From assembly GCA_023515725.1 (NCBI GenBank), contig JALDTO010000208.1:303164-367163 (forward strand): a DNA stretch of 64,000 bases, given 5' to 3'. The notes below the pieces were generated by a model, which was given only the letters and a program-made list of their open reading frames with translations, did not search any database and had not been told where the DNA came from. This DNA comes from Amoeboaphelidium protococcarum X5 (lineage: Eukaryota; Fungi; Aphelidiomycota). Positions 25,963 through 37,498 of this stretch are shown in pieces (position 1 is the stretch's first letter; each line of letters opens with the position of its first letter). The position numbers and the translations under genes were made by a program.

Positions 25963-27396
25963 ATGAAAAGCAATTTGACATTGCTTTACGCGTTTCTGGC
26001 TGTAATTACACTCAATGCTGGCATTTTCACCTACGCGACTAACGCGCTGAAATTTAAGGATTGCGCTGCCCTCCGCGCTGTTCTGGTGTCCAACAGAGTC
26101 AAGTATATTGGCTCCGGCACGTATGGCCGCACGTACAAAGTGGGGACTTAATATGCAATAAAGGTGAATTCTATTCAATTTGGCGATAACAATAACATTG
26201 ATGATGATGAATATGATGATTATAAGCGATACAGTTTCTAGCATGAAATCCTGATCAATTTTGAGCTGACGCGTTTACGTGATCTCACGCCAAATTTTGT
26301 GGCGCTGCTCGATACATTCATCTGTCAGAGACCGACAAAACTGGGCCCCGTGCAGAATGGCATGTATGCGATGATGGAGTACCTTGATGGCTCTATGCAA
26401 GGTTATTTTGAGCATTTAGATATTTAGCGTGTGTTGCCTGCCATGTCCTCAATGCTGCTCCAACTCTTTGCTGCCTTTGACATTGCGTATCATCACCTAA
26501 GATTTGTTTAAGCCGATATGAATCCACGCAATCTGATGACTAAACTTCTACCCTCTGGACAGGGTGGAGAAGCGCCATCACCTTTTGTGTCAAATAGCGG
26601 AACCAAATGTTTTCACTTGGTCACCTTCACTGATATTCTGATTCCGGCAGATCTAACTGATAATCGTATGGCCAAGATTATTGATTTTGGAGATAGTCAG
26701 ATTTAGATGAATAAGAAGATTGTCGCGTCCAATTCAGCTCATTCAATGAAGGAATTGCCTAAAGATTTTAATGCTAGATTTGCAATGTTGGCCATGATAT
26801 ATTCCATCAGCTATGATCAATTGAAGGAGTTGTCTGATGATCCGGCGCATCGAATCTACTTTTCATTGTTCTAAAGTCTGGCTGAAATTGTACTCAGTAT
26901 TTCTGATAGCCAATTGTATGGTGCCTGCATTGTTGGCGATGAATATAACGTTCTAACATTCAGAGATGCTCTGGATAATGAATACAGAAATCATTGTATT
27001 CGAGAGGCCATCATGAATTAGAAAGTGTTTGATAAGCGTCCTCTGTAGTGGGCATATTTGTACAATCATCCGTTCTTTGCTTAATCACATTCACAGAGTC
27101 AATGTCAGCAGATTATTCCAATTGGTGATTTGAGCTAGATTCATCGTGAATTCAATGTTGGTGGTCTGGGCGGTTTTAATCACCGATTCGATGCTATTAG
27201 AGGTGATTCGTTAGATTCAAGTTATAGTTCTCTAAGTAGGACTAGCTCAGATTAGGAGCAATAACGCAGAATAATAAGGTTACCTGGCAGACTGGAATAT
27301 CGCCTTACTAGTTCTATGGATGACATTTCAGAATTGATGGACATAGATACTGATTCGTAAGTGGAAGTGGATGCGGATCATAGATACTTTATGTGA
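25963..27396 (+). CDS. Secreted-type atypical protein kinase, paralog B (signal peptide plus divergent kinase domain), intronless
   Basis: MKSNLTLLYAFLAVITLNAGIFTYA|..., IGSGTYGRTY, YAIK, QHE, TPNFVALLDTFIC, MMEYLD, FVQADMNPRNLM, AKIIDFG, HPFF. 477 aa to TGA. Confidence 0.85.
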
Positions 27397-27607
27397 ATTA
27401 AATTTCATTCACATTATATACTGATGGTATAATGATGACTCTATATTTATATATTTGTGAAACAACCTGGATTAGACCTTTAATAAAAATATAGAATATA
27501 TGGATATAGTTTTTTCTGTTCATTATTATCATAGTCATCATCTTCATTATCTTCATCACGTACTCATAGGTGCGAACGCAGTAATAGCATAGCGTTCGCA
27601 CAAAGTG

Positions 27608-28531
27608 TCAGACACGTTGAATGTTCAGTGAAAATACGACAACACCCATAATATACAACGACCAATCTACACAACTTACATTAGGGATCATACACAGAAT
27701 CAATCATAAGATAAATTCATACTTCTAGCGCGTTATTTTCGCTCAGCTATTAGATCGCTATGTATATCAGGGAATCCGATAATGTTGTACATGGAATGCA
27801 CGACGCAAATTGTTATGAATGATTAGGTGCGCAAATACAATTACGAAGCAATCATTCCAAACACGGAGGTATAAGCATACTACAACACAGTACCAAGTAC
27901 TGCATTAATAGCTTCAGAACGCGACTTTGCGACTCGTAACTTTCCAAACAAGTGGTGAAGATGAGCTACACACATTTCAGAGGTAAGACACATCATATGC
28001 ATGATATATTGTATGGCGGAAGTCTAACTTACAAAATCCAAAGAACTGAGGAGCAAGAAGTATAATCTACATATTGGTAAAACCATCACGTTGCAACAGG
28101 TACGTGATACATACTCTGTAAATGAACTCTTCTACAGTCGGAGCTATAACAAAATTTCGCAAAATCAAGAGCCAAGATTATTCAAATTCAATCTGTGCCT
28201 TCAAGTATTACACCAACGTGCCATAGTAGAGAATTTGCACTATAACAGGGCCTAGAACAAGACTGATCGCCACGAATAAAGCTTTAAAATTCAGACTCAG
28301 CTATTACGTCCTTGTAAGCGTGTTCATAAAGTAGAAATCCATGCTGGTATAAGCATCATGGTAGGCGATAGATATAATACATAATACACAGGTAAATACA
28401 GCAGAGAGCAATCTATATCTCACAACACGTAAATCATCCCGATGCAAGTACCTAATTGATCGAGGAACTAAAATATATAAATTCACTACCAGTAACGCCG
28501 ATAACAATGAACAATGTAAAATGCCATTCAT
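27608..28531 (-). CDS. RCE1: CAAX prenyl protease 2; 2 introns
   Basis: RDDLRVVRYR, LRNFVIAPTVEEFIYR, FG(intron)AHLHH, QYAYTSVFG, VHSMYNIIGFPD. Confidence 0.88.
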
Positions 28532-29478
28532 TTAAAAAATGGACATTAAAATGGGTCAAGTTGTGGTGTGTTTAACGGGTACAGTTGCACAAACTACTGC
28601 ACTGTAACGAATGAAAGTTGCACGATTGATCGCTTCAACTAAACGGCAAAGCTGACAATGGATGAAAGTTGTATGCTCGTACGTGTTCAGTATATAAAAC
28701 AAGTAGGCACTCCGATTTCATATTATTTGTGATGCTTTCTGCGTAGGTTGATTAATTATGTGCGTGGTAATTGAGACTCGGCAGATATTAGCATCTCAAA
28801 AGTTCGGAGATATGAAACACTCCACCTGCTCGACGGTCATGTGCTGAGTCGCTGCGTTGGTTAAAAGGAGTCGGGTTGAATGAGTGGGTTTAAGCAGATA
28901 TGGAGACCATGTTTTACGAGTGGGAACTGATATAATCCACGGGTATATCGAATAATCCGCTATCATTTAAGAAAAGCAGAAGAGAATGGCACGACTCGTT
29001 ACGAAAATGCTCACAACACACAAGGTGTGATACACTTTGGCGAAACACACCTAAGTGTGAGCGGTCACAGCGATTAAATCACACGTTCATGCGCAGAAAT
29101 TGAATTGATAAACTTCAACGCGCTTGAAAGCCCTGAAAGTAAGATTTTGTTTAGCAAACTAAGTTATTTCAGAGCATCTCTTCAATGCCAAGGTAGAGAG
29201 GTAGATTCTTCTTACATAGTGACACTCGACAGTCTTACTCACTTACTCACTAGAGTGCTACATGCCCTTAGAACAGTCAACTTAACACAAGCTGCACTCC
29301 TCCTGCCTCTAATCATTCGGCGTTTTAAAATTCTAAATCATAGTAGATAACTATTGCGGATAAAGTCAAAAACAGGTAAAGTCAGGAAATGATTGCAAAA
29401 TTGTATTACTACTATACTCAGTCTAGATGGTACTTCACCCTCCACAATGTAATGATAAACGCCAACAGCAGAAAAGAA

Positions 29479-31780
29479 TCAAATGTAAATCTGCTTCATG
29501 TCATTCAATCCAAAAGCAACACCACACTGAGGACATTTTCGCTGACGAGAATCATGCCGCTGTGTAATACACTCGTTACAAAAGCAGTGCATACACTTTG
29601 CCAGAGTCATATTCTTGAGTCTAAAATTACATATGGAGCACGTGGCAATCTTTTTATAACCTTGCAGCATCTCTAGTTCATCTTTATCTACGGCGACTGA
29701 TTCTCCTTGAGTAGATTACTTACCACCTGAGGATGACTTACCATCACCTTAACTAGATTCATACAGCTGCGATAGAAATGACGACTTCATCCTCCGTTAA
29801 TGCTAACTAATATCATTTTATAACTCTGCCACTTTCTCGTCTTTCAATGAAATTTGACTCCGAAGCTAACTGATAAGTTTATCCTTCTCATCCACCTAAA
29901 GTTGGATATCATGCTGAGTGGACGCAAATTTCTCCTGCCGCGCAGACAAAGCATCAACGAGAAGCTAACTCTCTTGCGCTTTCTTCTAATGAACAGCCGA
30001 GAGCTCTTTCAACTCTGAAATCTCCTTCTCAAGAGCGACAATTAGTTCAGCTTTAGTCTAATTATCAGCTTCCAACTTTTTAATCAAGTCATCCGACTTC
30101 TGTGCCTATTTACTAAGAGCGATAGACTTATTATAATTGGCATCCTTCTCGCGTATAAGAGCTGCAATTTTCTAGTCAACTTTAGATTTATCCAAAATCA
30201 TCTTGGTAATTTACTCATCCTTCTTTGACATCAACTCGGTCATATCTGAAAGCTGGCTTTATTGTTTATCAAAAAATTCCTTGTCATCCACGCCATCCTT
30301 CAGTGACTGTAATTACTTCTACAACGCCTCTATTTGCATTTTCAATGCGTTACGAGCCTCGACTTCAGACTTCAATTTAGTCTATTCCAATGTGAGAGAA
30401 TTCTAAAGCTTATCCCGGATATTCCTTATTCTATTAAGGTCAGAGTTGAGATTTTTCAAGTCAGATTACAAAGTAGTCTAACGAGATTCTGCGTCAGACT
30501 TGAGCTATTCAAAATAAGTCCTATACTGCTCCTCTTATACTTGCAATTGAGTCTTCATCTCTTTAATGCTGGATTCAAAACTCTCATATTCAGATTTAAA
30601 ATAATTCAACTCCTACTACATCTATTAATATGCACCATGCTAGGTGATGACATCTTCAGGAATAATCGCCATCTATCCGGATAAACGACTAATCTCCCTC
30701 TCCAATTTGTCACGATACCAATTCATCTCTTCTGATTCCTTATGCTTCACATCCAGGATAGCTTTTAAACGACCAATTTCAGTCTACAACTTCTCATTCA
30801 CTTAAACATATTATAAAATATCATCTGAAAGATTTTCAGATAGCGCTCCAGTTTTACTCTCTAAACTCTGAGCTTAAGATTGATTAACTGCAGGAGATTC
30901 TTCTGATTGACTCTAAGCAGATGCAGATGATTATAAAACACTTTATCTATAATGCTAAACTGTAGTGCTCTTCTCTCTTTCAAGATCCATACGAAGTTTA
31001 GAAATGCCAAGCTGTAACTCTTCAATTTACATTTGACACTACTATTACTACCTTGCGTACTAAGACGCCATCATATTCACTCTTTAATTCTCCAAATTGA
31101 GATCATGACATTTTTGTTAATACTCTTTCAGACTAGCTTATAGCTACTTCAACTACTACAGATCTTCAGCAGATTCATTCAGTGGAATCTTGTCATTGAT
31201 AATATCAGTCAATCTGATTATAACCAGCTTGATCTATTCATACTATCGCTGCGACCACTTTTAATCTATGATGACATTCACAGAGTCTGCAGATTATTAA
31301 GAAGAATCTACATCCATTTCATGACTACCATTAGACAGAGAGGTGACAGAGCTCAAGGCAGGGACGCGTTTAAGCAAAAGATCCAAATCATTTTCCACCT
31401 ACAAATGAATTAAATAATACAATCATCAGATATAACATTAGTGAAATAGAATAAATAACCATACAGTTTTGTATAATGCATAAGCATGCGACAACTATTC
31501 CTATAACTACAATTTATCCTCATCCAGACGGCCAATGGACAGCTAAAGATCATCATTTTATCGCTGAGCCAATACTAATTACCGATAGATGGCTTCTTTG
31601 GCATATTGCTCGATAAACTACACTAACTAACACAAAAAGTAATTCATAAAAAATAAATGGAATACAAAGATTTACATTCTCATCATCTAGAGGATTATTC
31701 ATAGATGTAGAATCATCCTACTACATTTCAGTCTTGGGCCGTTTACTCATCTCTCTCTCTCTCTTTCTATCCAGTTGCAT
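29479..31780 (-). CDS. BRE1: E3 ubiquitin ligase Bre1 (coiled coil plus C-terminal RING); 2 introns
   Basis: C-terminal CSICNFRLKNMTLAKCMHCFCNECITQRHDSRQRKCPQCGVAFGLNDMKQIYI*. N-terminal QYAKEAIYRQL. Long coiled coil. Confidence 0.9.
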
Positions 31781-32024
31781 AAAATTATTCCCCCCAACGA
31801 TGGAAGCCAACAGGAGAAACAAAAACGACGACGACGCGCTCGAATTGTCCTGAGAAAGTAAAGACGAAGGAACACTTTGAAGCACTGTAGAGGGTACAAG
31901 AACACGCAAGCAAAATAGTCCAAGAGAGAATTTACAGAACTAAGCGCGTCATTGAATAAAGAGTTCGCAATTGAGGATCTGATCTAGCTCAATATATATA
32001 CCAAGATAAAAATACTACGATATA

Positions 32025-35000
32025 ATGAGTGAAGTTTAAGGATAAAATGATTTGGCAGTCTAGGCAACGAACAATAGTAGTATCATGAGCAAAGCGTCCA
32101 TGTACAAGCTTGGCTACGTTAATGATTATGACCGGGATGGAAAGATATTCAATCAGTTTCTGACCGCTGTAGCGTAGAAATCTAACGTCAAGATTCCAAG
32201 GCGCGCACCTCTTATTAATCGCGGATATTACATCAGACACAAGGCAGTGAGGCATGTAATTGAGCGGTTTTTGCAAGATACTAATGGAGACGCGTAACGG
32301 TAAATTATTAATCTAGGATGTGGCTATGACGCGACTTATTTCTAAATGTTATCGCAGTCATCAACATCATTGTGTTAAGAACAGCGTGGTCATCTATCAT
32401 CTACACTATATATTGATATTGATTTCAAGAGATTGCTCAAGTAAAAGATTAAAATGATTATGGATAGTCCTGAGTTGAAATCTATGCTTGGCAACGTTAA
32501 ATTAAGTACCGGTGGTGTATTGCTGTCTTCGGATTAGTATCTTTGCATCGGGTGTGATCTCACCTAGCTGGATAAGCTTGATAAATTACTTAGTTACTTG
32601 GCATAGAGTTAGCAGTGTACATTCTAATTCAACGCTCCTACCCTAATCATATCAGAGTGTGTCTTGACTTACGTTCCCACTCTGGATGCTAATAAGGTGA
32701 TATCCTATTTCGCTTCTAGTTTCAAGCGTTCCTGGTTTGCATTGTACGAGCAGATACTTCCTTATGATGTATTTGGTAAAGTAATGACGCGTCATTTTGT
32801 GAAGATGAACGCTGCTATTCACGCCATCTATGATTATCCAACTGCATCACAATAATAGAAGAGATTTCTCGGTTGTGGTTGGAGCGATGTCGAGTTATTG
32901 ACAATGGATCAGTTTTGGAATGATGAGTTATCATTGGAGGAGCGTATGCGGGTGGATGATTTAGAATTCTTCGATGAGCATGAGGAATGGCTTCTAAAGT
33001 GCTCCCATTATTTCATTGCAGTTGGTAAAAGTTAGCAAGGATGGAAGTAGTCGGTGTTTAAGTCTTCCTCCTTGGAATAGAAATCTCAAGAAAGTGTTGA
33101 TTATCATGCAAGGTAGAATGTACTTGTTGAGTAATAGTCTTTAGAATTACAGTCTGATATCAGTCGATGGGGTCACAGTGCATGCATGTTGTCCAATGGT
33201 AGGATTGTTGTTTATGGAGGTTATGATAAAGTGAGTGGCTCAAGATGTGAGGATATGCTGGTAATCCATAGTGAAAGTGTTCATAGACTTACGCATCCCT
33301 TGCTGGAAAAACTCATGTATCACACCATGGTGGTGGATGATGCTGACAATCTTTATATTTATGGTGGCCGTCAAGGAGAAAACTTTGTATCTAATCGTTT
33401 GGTCAAGATGGTGATTAAGTTTGATGATAATCACGTTCCTTTCACTGATACTGTGAATCAAGTCGATTTAGTCATACCTGGACTATATCGTCATTGTTGC
33501 GCATATACTAAGTTGCCGGATTCCAACGGAGATTTACGTGACGTTTTGGTAATCTATGGTGGAAGATAGATTGATGGTAGCATTAGCAATAAACTTTATG
33601 TGGTAGATTTGCTTAGCTATGTGCATAGGAAGATCGACTGCAATCTTCCGCATCTTCACTCTAGTGCAATGTCGGTTGTTGGTGGTAATCTTTTCATTTT
33701 TGGTGGTTTAGATAATCGTGGCTGCTCTAACACGACTCTGTTATCTGTTGATTTACAGAGTTGGTAATCCTCTAGTTCAAATATTAATTGTCCTTTTAAA
33801 GGCATATTCGGACACAAGATGTTGCATTGGAAAGGTGATCTCTTTTAAATAGTTGGCGGAATGCAGTAAGGAGTCATCAAAGATGGTGTTGGGCCTAATT
33901 ATATCTAAATGGCTCTACTGGATATTGAGGCCAAAAGTTTACATTCTATAAGTGTTTCCAATGATAAACTTTTAATCGGCCATGATCTTGTTTAATCACA
34001 CCACGACAGCAATGAATTTATTGTTGTTGGAGGTGGCGCGGTCTGCTTTTCGATGGGCTCTTATTGTGAGAAATCTTTCAAGGTGTCATTGAATGACTTG
34101 ACCACCAGAGTTCCCTGGCTTAACGCTAATACTCAAGTCCGTAATCTGTATCAATTGTAAGAGAATATCAACCTTAATATACCATTAGTCGCGAGAGCTG
34201 CGTTGAATAATTGCCGTCAATCTGCGTTTGGGTCACGAAACTATCTAGATACATTGCTGTCTCATGATAATAAAGTAAGCTATCACACGTGCGACTCCTC
34301 AGTTCTTTAATTTGCTCCAGAGAGGAACTTTAAGTTTGATGTGTGTACGTGGTCGCAGTTTGTGGATAACATCTTTTAAACTCCTGGCGGTAAGTCGTCC
34401 TCTGGTCATCGATATTTCCGCTCCATTGGAGAGAATCCGCGCAAATAGGCATCATGTTTAGCTAAATAATTTCCTCGACTGGCAAATGATGTTTAGCTAC
34501 CCACCTGGCTGATTAGAATGCTTATCGGAGTAGCAGCTGTGTCAGACCAAGAAGTATCAGCCGCAATGACTCTTGAGGACATTTCGAAATTGCCTAAATA
34601 ATTTTCATCAGTTTTGCGTATTAGTTCCGATCATCTTTAGATGTGGCCACATTTTGACATTATGGACAATGCTCTGATGCAGTTGAGTGGTCGCAAGCTG
34701 GTGATTCTCTTTCCTCCATCTCAGATGAGTAATCTTTACATTGATCCGGATATGAATTCAAGCAGTTCACCTGTAACGCGTATCTACGCGCCGCATGTGA
34801 CGCCATTCAATGATGAACTTGTCTAAAATGCTAAAGAGTATATGCACAAGTATCCAGGATTTTACAGTGAAGCTGTCAAGCACGCAAAGTTCATGATTTT
34901 GGAACCTGGTGATGTGCTTTACATTCCATCTCTTTGGATCCATCAGACCATCGCTCTTGCAGACGGTGGCAGTCCATCAATTGGCGTCAATATATTCTGG

Positions 35001-35174
35001 AAGTCTTTGCCAGATGTTCATTACGCCAAGAAAGATTTGTACGGGAATAATGATCTTTTAAAGGCACAAGAAGCTTTCAAACATTTGGAAAAGGCGCGAA
35101 TGCTAATAGACGAGATTCCAGACCCAAATTTTAGAGAGTTCTACAAGGAGAAGTTCCGAAGATTACTGCGCTGA
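32025..35174 (+). CDS. TYW4: tRNA wybutosine-synthesis protein 4 (LCM methyltransferase plus Kelch) fused to a C-terminal JmjC (TYW5-like) domain
   Basis: DLAVQATNNSSIMSK, RRAPLINRGYYIR, IINLGCGYD, SECVLTY, FFDEHEEW...CSHY, Kelch repeats (RWGH, YGG), GGGAVCFSMGS, MWPHFDIMDN...LEPGDVLYIPSLWIH...KDLYGNND. Confidence 0.92.
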
Positions 35175-35374
35175 TTTCGATTATCATTTTTGAGAAACTG
35201 CATGTAAAACAGGAGTTCTGTTTGAAGTGGTATGGTATGCGCGCATCATAAATGCTTTAAAAATGAACGAATAGAAACTATTATATGTAAAAGCAACTAA
35301 ACATTTATTTCAATTAAGTGATTACGTGCATATTGCTATATAATAGAAGTTCATAGCGAGGTATGTAAAGCAAA

Positions 35375-35941
35375 TCATTATTTAGCTTTCCCTCTGGATT
35401 TACGCGGTGACTTTGTCGTTGAACTTTGGCCGTTTTCTTGACCGTCAGACGCTTTAGATTCCGCCGCCACTTAATTCCCATTCTCTTACTCTGCGGCCAC
35501 TTTCTTTTTCTCTTGTTGTTTCGATGATGAAGACGTTCCGTGATCACTAGTTGATCTCATCTTTCCCACCTACAGCACAAACACAGCAATATAATACTAT
35601 TTCACTTGTCAATATTATAAACTTACCTTCTTGTGAGTCTTCCTCGGTAATTGATACGTGTTAGGATGACGACCAGGTGGATGCTTGACATCGCCCTTTT
35701 CAAACATCTCTCTCAGCACTTTATGAAGATGCTTTTCAAAGCCTTCCGGTACATCATAATGTTCCTTCATCTCCTTTTGCAGCTATTGACGCGTCATTTT
35801 GGCCTTCTCCTTCAGCAAATGTGTTATCATTTGACTACATATAAGCGCATGGTTTCTCAGTAAAGAATGGCAATATGAACAAGCTTACTGATACGTGGGA
35901 TGAATATGTTGATGCTACTCTTTCGCTATCTCTTCAACCAT
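35375..35941 (-). CDS. Divergent linker histone H1-like (H15 winged-helix) protein; 2 introns
   Basis: HPTYHQMITHLLKEKAKMTRQQLQKEMKEHYDVPEGFEKHLHKVLREMFEKGDVKHPPGRHPNTYQL, with a tail ending KSPRKSRGKAKQ*. Confidence 0.65.
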
Positions 35942-36389
35942 CTGTATTGATAAGGATTTCAATTTAAACAATGATTACGCTAATGTTGAAGAGTAAAGTT
36001 GTCATAAATGCTGACTGGCATCAATAAATGTAGACATTGACACGTCACTTTGACACCGGCCGATTGATTGTTTCAACTGGCTGACACGAAACTGATTTTG
36101 TGTTTTGTGATTGCGAAAGACTGAGAAAATATGAGTGTTTCTACTATTCGTTTCCAAGGAGCGAGATCATATGGTGCATTCTGTTTCTCATATAACACAT
36201 GTTCTGTTCAGTGAGATGGAACCACTGCTATAATTAGACATTCCTGGTTACGTAAACTGACCCTCAACTAAAAAGAAGCTTTTTGCATTCGGAATTTTAT
36301 CGGCATTGATTACCAAACACCATTCGTATATAATTTTGATTCCGATACACTGCTCTGCATCGCCGTCATTGGAAAGTTTAAATCGAATA

Positions 36390-37043
36390 ATGCTCAATTC
36401 ACAAGCGTTCACCTCGAGTATTGAATCAGGAGATCCGGGCAGTCCACTGTTGTCCAGTATACGATCAGCTGAGAATCTAACAGCGACGGACATATGGACT
36501 GCTGATGTTGAGACTGTTTTCATGGAAGCATATCACAAGTTTCCTCATACGGGGCGATCAAAGCTGATGGGCCCCGATGGACACCTGCATGGTCGCAACG
36601 AGTTGATTAGCTTGTATATATTTGAGAAAACTGGCAAAGTTAGAACGAGAAAGCAAGTCTCCAGTCATATACAAGTCCTGCTTAAGAAATTAAGTAAACA
36701 GCGTTCTTCGCTCTCATTATCGGGAACTGATCAAGTGATGACTGCCAACTTTGATATAGAGGATTGTAGTGATCACGGTATGGTTGATGACTTTGCTCAT
36801 TCTCCTGATTTTGATTTCAGTTCTGACATGATGAACTCTCCACGGCCGCCTAGAAAGTAAATTGGTCAAAATTGCAATAGATAGTGCATGGACTCTCTCG
36901 ACAATATTAACACTGGCACTGATTGTTTCTAGATCACAGCACCTAAACTTCGATTGAATCAATAGAGTGACGGAGCACAGCATTGTGATGGTTTAGAATT
37001 ATTGCTTCAAGCAGCAGAGTAAGAAATTAGCTAGCATCATTGA
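36390..37043 (+). CDS. TEA/ATTS-domain transcription factor
   Basis: DIWTADVETVFMEAYHKFPHTGRSKL...HGRNELISLYIFEKTGKVRTRKQVSSHIQVL. Start uncertain. TGA at 37041. Confidence 0.88.
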
Positions 37044-37498
37044 TGCAATATTTAAAATATATGGTTTAAAGATAGATATGAAGAGAGTAAGTATAATACG
37101 CGTTATAGATGTTTGAATGAATTGGAGAATGATATTTTAATAATTGAATGAAATAGAATAATAAATAGCAATATGTACTGTGATTGACTGTTATCAGCTC
37201 AAACTGCGCCTCTATGGACTTTCTACTATTCAATATACGATTGAAATAGCGGCCAGCATACGAGAGTAATAGCTATGGTATGTAACTGACCATGTCGCGT
37301 GTTTAGAAAAGGATTGATTTCAAGCGTTCTACGATAAAACGATCTCTGTTTCAAATCAAGCTGATCTTTTCGCCTTTGTTTCATCTTTTCCATATTGATT
37401 GTTTCATCAAAGACTCTTCACTTTCTTTAGTTGAACTGATATTATTTTGTTTAAGCATCTACTTGAGGTACAGCTACGTATTTAACTAGTCCTGCAGA

